Shown piece by piece: positions 57,799 to 64,000 of a DNA stretch of 64,000 nt. The DNA comes from an uncultured Gemmatimonadales bacterium (lineage in GTDB: Bacteria; Gemmatimonadota; Gemmatimonadetes; Longimicrobiales; Longimicrobiaceae). The stretch is from assembly GCA_963716255.1 (NCBI GenBank), contig OY970303.1:3392001-3456000 (forward strand). Reading direction: 5' to 3'. Under the pieces are notes generated by a model, which had not been told where the DNA came from, did not search any database, and was given only the letters and a program-made list of their open reading frames with translations. A program made the position numbers and the translations under genes. Every line of letters starts with the position of its first letter. Within the stretch, counting starts at the first letter, position 1.

Positions 57799-58835
57799 GC
57801 GCCTTTCAGCCGGGGCAGGGGATCGTCGGGGAGCGAATCGGCGATGGCGGCGATCTCCTCGGCGTCGCGCCAGGCGGCCTCCAGCGCGGCCAGCTCGCCC
57901 TGCAGCGCGCGCCGCTCCGTCTCCTCGTGCAGTGCCATCTCCAGGGCCAGGGCCTTCGCCGGAGCGAGCCCACCCAGTCGCTGGCTGCCCCCCGGCTCCG
58001 CCGAGCCCTCCTCCACGAGCGACCGCGCGTACTCCACGCCGGAGCCCCGGCTGGCGAGCAGGTCGGTGGCGTGCCCCAGCAGGGTGGGAGACGCCCCCTT
58101 CCGGTTGATGCGCACCATCGCGCGCCCCACCATCAGCCGCGCCTCCACACCCCTGAGGGCGAGCGGATCGGTCCGGATGTAGGCCGCCCGCCCGCCGTCG
58201 AAGACCCGCCAGGTCAGCCGCTCCGCCAGCGGAATGCGGACCTCGATCTCGTCCGGGGCGGAGGCGGCGGTCAGGTACGCCTGTTCGAGGTGCTTGTGGA
58301 GCACCTGCACTTCTTCGCTGTCGCCGTCGGCTGCCCTGCGGTAGACCACCCGGTTGTCCCGTCGCCGGCGCCAGAGCGACGACCCCAGGCTGTACATCTG
58401 CCAGGCGCCTCCGAGGCTCAGGGCGGTCAGCGCGACGCCGCCGCCGAGCGCGAGGGTGGCGGCGGATATTCCCGCGACGGTCGCCGCCAGGTGATACCGC
58501 CTCCGGCGCACCAGCTGCTCCCCGTATCGCCACGCGGCCAGCTCGCCCGGCAATGCCTGGCCGATGCGGATCAGCCGCGTGCCGTCCGGGAGCTTCGCCA
58601 GGCCCACGTTCTCGGACTGGGCCCGCAGGCGGGCGTCGCGGAAGCGCTTTTCCGCGTCCTCCACCGCCTCCCAGCGCTCCTCGATGGGGGCCAGGTTCCA
58701 CCGCGCGCACCGGGGGCAGACGGCCCACAGCCGCCCCCGCGCCGCGTCGAACGCCAGGCTCTTCCCCACCGGGAAGGCCTCGATGGCCTCGTTGGTCCCC
58801 AGGGCGGCCGAGCAGAAGATGCAGGCGCGGTACAC
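57795..58835 (-). CDS. Hypothetical Zn-finger/TM protein, paralog 1
   Basis: GTG start with GGGAG RBS. CIFC...CPRC; hydrophobic segment; C-terminal LALEMALHEETERRALQGELAALEAAWRDAEEIAAIADSL. Confidence 0.8.
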   Translation of the reverse strand: MYRACIFCSAALGTNEAIEAFPVGKSLAFDAARGRLWAVCPRCARWNLAPIEERWEAVEDAEKRFRDARLRAQSENVGLAKLPDGTRLIRIGQALPGELAAWRYGEQLVRRRRYHLAATVAGISAATLALGGGVALTALSLGGAWQMYSLGSSLWRRRRDNRVVYRRAADGDSEEVQVLHKHLEQAYLTAASAPDEIEVRIPLAERLTWRVFDGGRAAYIRTDPLALRGVEARLMVGRAMVRINRKGASPTLLGHATDLLASRGSGVEYARSLVEEGSAEPGGSQRLGGLAPAKALALEMALHEETERRALQGELAALEAAWRDAEEIAAIADSLPDDPLPRLKGA

Positions 58836-58837
58836 GG

Positions 58838-59986
58838 CTACTCCCGAGCGGACCCGCCCAGCCGCGCCCGCAGCCGCCCGACCGGATCGTCCGGGAGCGA
58901 GTCGGCGATGGCGGCGATCTCCTCGGCGTCGCGCCAGGCTGCCTCCAGCGCGGCCAGCTCGCCCTGCAGCGCGCGACGCTCCGTCTCCTCGTGCAGCGCC
59001 ATCTCCAGCGCCAGCGACTCGGGCCGCGCGAGCTTGCCGCGGGTCTGCTGCACCTCCACCGGCATCACGTCGCCGCGCAGCCGCCCCAGGACCCGGCGCC
59101 GGCCGCGCCGCCGTCCGAAGTTGGCGACCCGCCGCAGCGGGAGCCCCGCCTCGCGCGCCGCCACGGAGCGCAGGTAGTCCTCCGCGCTGGGCTCGCGGGC
59201 GAGGAGCTCCAGCGCGCGCTCCACGTCGCGGCGCGAGGCGCCGCGGGCGTTGGCGTCCACCATCACCCGCGACAGCACCGTGCGGGCCGCGGGCCCGGTG
59301 ACCGTCATCCCCGGCATGGACCAGACGGCGCGCCCCCCCACCGTGCGCTCCGGCTCGCTCTCCAGCGCGTTGGGAAGGTGGAGCGCCACGTCGCCCTCCC
59401 CGTCCACCACCTGGGCCCCGTTCACCTGCCAGCGCCGCAGCTCCAGCGGCGCGCCGGTGGGGGAGTCGTCCGCCCCGAAGCGGTGCACCACGCGCTGCGC
59501 GCGCTTCCGCTGGTAGAGCAGGTTCCCCACGTTGAGCAGCGGCTGCATCCCCGAAACGGAGATCCCCGCGACGGCAAGGAGCGAGGGGACGCCGAAGACC
59601 AGCGCGCCCGCCGCCACGGTCACGCCCGCGGTGACCAGGAGGTAGCGGTTCCGCCGGCTGACGAGCTGCCCGCCGTAGCGCCACGCCGCCATCTCGCCGG
59701 GGAGCGCCTCCCCGATGCGCACCAGCCGCGTGCCGTCCCGGAGCTTGGCGAGCCCCACGTTCTCGGACTGGGCGCGCAGGCGGGAGTCGCGGAAGTGCTT
59801 TTCCGCAGCTTCCACCGCCTCCCAGCGCTCCTCGATGGGCGCCAGGTTCCACCGCGCGCACTTGGGGCAGACGGCCCACAGCCGCCCCTTCCACGCGTCG
59901 AAGGCGATGCTGCGGCCGACGGGGAACTCCTCGATGGAGTCGTTGCTCCCCAGGTCGGCGGAGCAGAAGAGGCACGTCCTGTACAT
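58838..59986 (-). CDS. Hypothetical Zn-finger/TM protein, paralog 2
   Basis: CLFC...CPKC. Same N- and C-terminal blocks as paralog 1. Confidence 0.8.
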   Translation of the reverse strand: MYRTCLFCSADLGSNDSIEEFPVGRSIAFDAWKGRLWAVCPKCARWNLAPIEERWEAVEAAEKHFRDSRLRAQSENVGLAKLRDGTRLVRIGEALPGEMAAWRYGGQLVSRRNRYLLVTAGVTVAAGALVFGVPSLLAVAGISVSGMQPLLNVGNLLYQRKRAQRVVHRFGADDSPTGAPLELRRWQVNGAQVVDGEGDVALHLPNALESEPERTVGGRAVWSMPGMTVTGPAARTVLSRVMVDANARGASRRDVERALELLAREPSAEDYLRSVAAREAGLPLRRVANFGRRRGRRRVLGRLRGDVMPVEVQQTRGKLARPESLALEMALHEETERRALQGELAALEAAWRDAEEIAAIADSLPDDPVGRLRARLGGSARE

Positions 59987-60029
59987 GGCACCCGGTCCTG
60001 CAAGGGGGATCGTCGGAACTCCCCGCTCC

Positions 60030-60872
60030 CTACGATGTCCCGGCCTCCGGAGTGTCGGAGAACCACCGCTCCATCACCCGCTCGCGCTCGCGCAGGGAAA
60101 CGCCCGTCCCCCCGCGGCGCACCCGGACGATCTCCGCGGCGATGGCGACGGCGATCTCCTCCGGCGTTTCCGCGCCGATGTCCAGCCCGATGGGGGCGTG
60201 GACGCGGAGCAGCCGCTCCCGGGGAATTCCCTCGCGCACCAGCTGCTCCAGCGCGGCCCGGACGCGGCGGCGGCTCCCCACCATCCCCACGTACGCGGGG
60301 AGCGCGCCCCCCAGCAGCAGCCGGCGGAGCGCCTCGTAGTCGTAGCGGTGGCCGCGCGTCACCAGCACCAGGTGCGTGTCCGGCCCCACCGGGAGGTCCC
60401 GGAAGGGGTCGGCGAAGTCGGCGCGGCGCACCTCCTCGGCTTCCGGGAAGCGCTCGCGGGTGGCGAACTCCGGGCGGTCGTCCAGCACCCGCACGCGAAA
60501 GCCGAGCATCGCGCCGATGCGGCAGAGCGGCCGGGCGATGTGCCCCGCACCCACGATCACCAGCTCGGGGGGCGGGCGATGCGCCTCCAGGTACAGGGTG
60601 CAGCGTCCGCACTCCGTTTCCACCGTGCGCGGTCCGTCACGCGCCTCGCCCCTCAGCAGCGCGCCCGCCAGCTCCGCGGCCCGCGCGTCCAGCGCCGGCT
60701 CGCCCAGCGAGCCGGCGCTGCGGTCCTCCCACACCAGCAGCCGGGCCCCCAGCGCGGGTCCCCCGCCGGTGGTTTCCACGACGGCCGCCGTCACCACCGG
60801 GGGGCCCTGCCGCAGCGCCTCCAGGGCGGCGCGCGCCGCCGCGGCGGCGGAGACGTCCTCAGCCGGGGCCAC
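60030..60872 (-). CDS. xdhC: XdhC family protein (degenerate N-domain + Rossmann C-domain)
   Basis: IVGAGHIA, LDDRPEF, VTRGHRYD, YVGMVGSRRR and APIGLDIGAETPEEIAVAIAAEI. Confidence 0.88.
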   Translation of the reverse strand: MAPAEDVSAAAAARAALEALRQGPPVVTAAVVETTGGGPALGARLLVWEDRSAGSLGEPALDARAAELAGALLRGEARDGPRTVETECGRCTLYLEAHRPPPELVIVGAGHIARPLCRIGAMLGFRVRVLDDRPEFATRERFPEAEEVRRADFADPFRDLPVGPDTHLVLVTRGHRYDYEALRRLLLGGALPAYVGMVGSRRRVRAALEQLVREGIPRERLLRVHAPIGLDIGAETPEEIAVAIAAEIVRVRRGGTGVSLRERERVMERWFSDTPEAGTS

Positions 60873-61476
60873 GGCCGTGCTCCGCCAGGAGGCGCCGGTA
60901 GTCGTCGGGGGTGTCCACGTCCAGCAGCAGGGCGGGCGCGTCAACCTCCACCTCCTCCAGCTCGGCGGCGTACGCGCGCACCACGCTGCGGGCGCCCTCG
61001 GGGAGCGGGTCCGCGAACAGGTCGGCGAAGACGCGCCTGGCGAAGAGCACCGGGTGTCCGTGCTCCCCCGCGTGGACGGCGCGCACCACCGGCGCGCCGC
61101 GCGCCCGGAAGGCCTCCACCACGGCGCGGACGGCGGCGGCGTCCACCCCCGGCACGTCCGCCGGGAGCACCACCGCCGCCGCGGCCTCCGGCGGGAGCGC
61201 GGCAAGCCCGGCGCGGAGCGAGTCCACCTGCTCCGCGTCCGGGCGCGGGCTCACCACCACGCGCGCGCCCGCCCCCTCCGCCGCCTCCGCGATCGCCGCG
61301 GCGGCGGGGTCGTCCGGGGGCGCCGCCACCACCACCACCACCACCTCGCCACAGCCGCCCCCGCGCAGCGCGCCCACGGCGCGTTCCAGGAAGCTCGCGC
61401 CGCGGAAGCGCAGGAGCGGCTTGGGCCGGCCCATGCGCCGCGAGCGTCCGGCGGCCAGCACGATCCCGGCGATCAC
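60859..61476 (-). CDS. MocA/MobA-like NTP transferase (molybdenum cofactor cytidylyltransferase-like)
   Basis: IVLAAGRSRRMGRPKPLL, SLRAGL, GHPVLF and DVDTPDDY. Confidence 0.9.
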   Translation of the reverse strand: MIAGIVLAAGRSRRMGRPKPLLRFRGASFLERAVGALRGGGCGEVVVVVVAAPPDDPAAAAIAEAAEGAGARVVVSPRPDAEQVDSLRAGLAALPPEAAAAVVLPADVPGVDAAAVRAVVEAFRARGAPVVRAVHAGEHGHPVLFARRVFADLFADPLPEGARSVVRAYAAELEEVEVDAPALLLDVDTPDDYRRLLAEHGRGPG

Positions 61477-61776
61477 CGCGGCCCCGCGCTCAGCGCGGGA
61501 AGAGCCGCCCCGGCGACGAGCACGGCGGCGGCCCAGGAGCGGGCCAGGCGGCTCGGGGCGTGCCTCACGTTCGGTTTCCGGTGATGCTGATACGGTCGGT
61601 GGCCCGGTGGGGAGCGGCGCAGCGGAAGCCACGAGGGGTGTCGAACGGTCGTACGAGGCACCTGAACTATGGAACAGCCGCCGGGTCCTGTCAACGGAAG
61701 ACGGGCGGCGGCTGTTTCTTAGCCTGGGGATCGACGCATCCTCCAACCGTAGACCACGGGCAGGCTGGATTTGCTG

Positions 61777-61794
61777 TATAACAGAAGTTATAAT
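61777..61794 (+). promoter_or_regulatory. TA promoter -10 box overlapping a palindromic operator
   Basis: TATAAC-AGAA-GTTATA (61777-92) overlaps a perfect TATAAT (61789-94). Confidence 0.75.
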
Positions 61795-61832
61795 CTAGCT
61801 GGAGCGCCGCACATTCGAACAGGAGTCCGATC

Positions 61833-62069
61833 ATGGAGAAGTCTCATGCTACGATCAAGCTTCGTCCGGTGGGAAGCTCCACCGGCGCCATCTTCCCCAA
61901 GGAGGTGCTCGAGGAGCTCCACGTAAGCTCCGGCGACACGCTGCACCTGGTCCGAACCGAGCGCGGGTATGAACTGACTCCGTACGACCCCGACTTCGAG
62001 GCGGCGATGGCGGAGTTCGAAGTGGTGCGCCGTGAGCACCGCAACGCGTTCCGCGAGTTGGCGAAGTAG
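61833..62069 (+). CDS. AbrB/MazE-like antitoxin
   Basis: KLRPVGSSTGAIFPKEVLEELHV..GDTL...ELTPYDPDF...FRELAK. AGGAG RBS. Confidence 0.9.
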   Translation: MEKSHATIKLRPVGSSTGAIFPKEVLEELHVSSGDTLHLVRTERGYELTPYDPDFEAAMAEFEVVRREHRNAFRELAK

Positions 62070-62070
62070 C

Positions 62071-62460
62071 ATGGACGAGCCGACTTGGCTGTCGCGCAGG
62101 GTCGTGGATGCGATGCAGCGGGAGTTGATCGCCGAGCACGGAGGACTGCACGGGATCCGGGACGACGGCTTGATCGACTCCACGCTGTCGAAGCCGCGCA
62201 ACCGGTGGGCTTACGAGCCGGATGCCGACCTCGCGGAGCTTTGCGCCTCGTACGGGTTCGGTCTGGCTCGGAACCACGGGTATCTCGACGGGAACAAGCG
62301 GATCGCCCTCGCCGCGATGCACGTGTTCACCCGGCGCAACCGGTTCGCGATCGCCGTGTCCGAGGTGGAGGAGGTCGCCGTGATGCTCCAGCTCGCGGAA
62401 GGATCCCTGCGTGAGGCAGACCTGGCGGTCTGGATCCGGGAGCACCTGCGCCCCATCTGA
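62071..62460 (+). CDS. doc: Death-on-curing (Fic/Doc) toxin
   Basis: HGG..GIRD.GLI.S and NHGYLDGNKR. Confidence 0.9.
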   Translation: MDEPTWLSRRVVDAMQRELIAEHGGLHGIRDDGLIDSTLSKPRNRWAYEPDADLAELCASYGFGLARNHGYLDGNKRIALAAMHVFTRRNRFAIAVSEVEEVAVMLQLAEGSLREADLAVWIREHLRPI

Positions 62461-62481
62461 ACGGCAGTGCGGGCACCCCCG

Positions 62482-62700
62482 TCAGGCCGCGGACAACACC
62501 GCCTCGGCCGCCACCATCTCAGGGACGCGCGCCTGGAGCCGCCGCACCTCGGCGAGGAGCGCGGGGATGTCGTGCTGTGCCAGGGTGAGCACCGTGGGGA
62601 CGTGGATGTAGCTGCCGCCCACGCCGCGGGCGCGCTGCTCGATGGCGGCCAGGTCTCCGGGGGCGAGGCGCGGGGCGCCGGGGGTGCGGTGGTCGTACAT
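62482..62700 (-). CDS. Small hypothetical protein
   Basis: GGAG RBS before the ATG. DLAAIEQRA...DIPALLAEVRRL. Confidence 0.55.
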   Translation of the reverse strand: MYDHRTPGAPRLAPGDLAAIEQRARGVGGSYIHVPTVLTLAQHDIPALLAEVRRLQARVPEMVAAEAVLSAA

Positions 62701-62779
62701 GGGTCAGCTCCGTTGGGTGGGGTAATCACCCTGGAGTCTCGGCACGGCGCCGGGGCGGCTGAAGCGGGGACGCCGCGCG

Positions 62780-63334
62780 CTACCGCCCGCCCCGGAAGTC
62801 GCGGAGCAGGGAGGCCAGCGGCGGCTCCGGCGCCAGGTACTGCTCCAGCCGCGCTCTGCGCAGTGGGTGTCCGGCCGGGACGCGCTCCACCCCGGGAGCG
62901 GCCCGGCCGTCGCGCAGGGTGGCCGCCAGCCGCCACAGGTAGCCCATCTCGTGGCGCACCAGCCCGTAGGCGATGCGGCGCACCTCCCACTGCGCTCCGG
63001 CGGCCAGCAGGCCGTGCGCGCCGCGCACCGACCCGTTGCGGAGGAGGAGCCCCAGCGCGGGCCCGTCCGCCCCCGCCGGGATCGCTCCGGACGCCCGGTC
63101 CACGACCAGCAGTCCCAGGCAGGTGGCGACCGCCTGCACGGTCGCGGCCTCCGGGCGCAGCCCCACCACCCAGGCGCGCCGCCCCCGCCCCACCACCCGG
63201 TACGCGTATCCCGCCGGGGTGCCCGGGGCGCCCCCCGCCGGTCCGCGGACCAGCACCACGTGCAGCCCGGGACGCCGTCCCTCCCCGGCGACGTGCTCCT
63301 CCGGGCCGCCGGCTTCGTGGAGGGCTACGCCCAC
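62780..63334 (-). CDS. Hypothetical protein; start uncertain
   Basis: Plausible globular C-terminal part of ORF 62780-63985. The candidate GTG overlaps the upstream gene's end. Confidence 0.5.
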   Translation of the reverse strand: MGVALHEAGGPEEHVAGEGRRPGLHVVLVRGPAGGAPGTPAGYAYRVVGRGRRAWVVGLRPEAATVQAVATCLGLLVVDRASGAIPAGADGPALGLLLRNGSVRGAHGLLAAGAQWEVRRIAYGLVRHEMGYLWRLAATLRDGRAAPGVERVPAGHPLRRARLEQYLAPEPPLASLLRDFRGGR

Positions 63335-64000
63335 TCCCGCACCCGCACCAGCAGCGCGCCCAGCCCCAGCCAGAAGAGCCCGTACCCCGCCACGTACGCC
63401 GCCGGCGCCCACGCGGGAGAGCCGGTCACCAGCCCCTGGTACACCTCCTGGTACGCCCACTGGGGCGGGAGCAGGAAGAGGAGCAGCCGGTACCCGGCCG
63501 GGTTCAGCCCGGTCTCCAGGAAGAAGAGCGCCTGCGGGAAGAAGGTGGGGAGGAAGAGCGCCAGCGCCACCCAAGCGTCGCCGCGGGGGAGGGCTGCGGA
63601 AAGGAAGGCCATGAGCCCGCCGTACACCAGCACCGACAGGGCGGGGAGGAGGAGCCCCGCCCAGCCGCCGCGGAAGGCGCCCCAGGCGAGGAGCTGCCCC
63701 AGGACCAGGAAGAGGAGCGACACCCCCAGCGCCACGGCCGCGGCCAGCGCCCAGCGCAGGCCGTACAGCGCCAGCGGGCGCACCGGGTGCGACAGGTACA
63801 GCTGGGCGTAGCCTCGCCGGCGGTCGGTGGACACGAAGCCCGCCAGGAAGACGATCATGGCGAGCCCCGCCAGGTAGCTGAGCGTGGCGGAGATCCCCAT
63901 CGGCCCCAGCTCCTCCAGGGGGAGGTCGCCGGCGGCGGCGGCCTCGTGCTGGTGGAAGCCGGGCTCCAGCAGGTAGAGCATCCACACCACCACCAGCAGC
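63325..64000 (-). CDS. Multi-pass membrane protein, ABC-2 permease-like; 5' end outside window
   Basis: VSTDRRRGYAQLYLSHPVRP motif followed by 4-5 TM helices. Confidence 0.7.
   Translation of the reverse strand, partial: LLVVVWMLYLLEPGFHQHEAAAAGDLPLEELGPMGISATLSYLAGLAMIVFLAGFVSTDRRRGYAQLYLSHPVRPLALYGLRWALAAAVALGVSLLFLVLGQLLAWGAFRGGWAGLLLPALSVLVYGGLMAFLSAALPRGDAWVALALFLPTFFPQALFFLETGLNPAGYRLLLFLLPPQWAYQEVYQGLVTGSPAWAPAAYVAGYGLFWLGLGALLVRVREWA

Noticed and set aside
60005..60016. GGGGATCGTCGG identical to the paralog-1 3' end (57818-57829), a possible scar of a third copy
   Set aside because: Only 12 bp in GC-rich DNA, so it could be chance.

Overview
A very GC-rich bacterial window from a diderm organism (PEP-CTERM protein, outer-membrane barrel). 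Gene content and style suggest Gemmatimonadota/Longimicrobiaceae, which is an inference. (1) <1-28902 (+): a large, tightly coupled extracellular contractile injection system (eCIS, Afp/PVC-like) operon, cut at the left edge. It encodes sheath, tube, DUF4255/Pvc16-like terminator, AAA ATPase, tube-initiator/LysM/hub/spike/PAAR-like parts, gp25, two baseplate-J proteins, a baseplate-wedge protein and a DUF6519 beta-helix fibre. Embedded cargo: a 1861-aa DUF4157 protein with an unrecognised C-terminal domain, translationally coupled to a small HEAT-repeat protein (toxin/immunity-like), and a DUF4157-OmpA protein. (2) Directly after the eCIS, a lower-GC stand-alone unit: TTGACG-N17-TATCCT promoter, a ~190-nt RNA with paired 5'/3' ends, and a perfect hairpin. 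This is a candidate orphan ncRNA. (3) A RelE/ParE toxin-antitoxin (TA) pair, a TetR/thioesterase/OsmC/MFS/thiolase cluster, a McrBC-like pair plus a TM-TPR protein, an SH3b-CHAP lipoprotein, and a lower-GC ACT-ACT-TIR-like gene carrying a 12-bp x ~21 coding tandem repeat. (4) Mixed metabolic genes (HD-GYP, P450, LepB, alkaline phosphatase, KptA, acyltransferase, DksA/TraR, Glu/Leu dehydrogenase, split XdhC/MocA), an MNT-HEPN TA whose toxin has a nonsense codon, an AbrB-Doc TA, and two tandem paralogous Zn-finger membrane proteins. There are several palindromic dispersed repeats and one 180-bp MITE-like element. No rRNA, tRNA, CRISPR array or transposase was seen. All family assignments come from motif recognition, not database searches.
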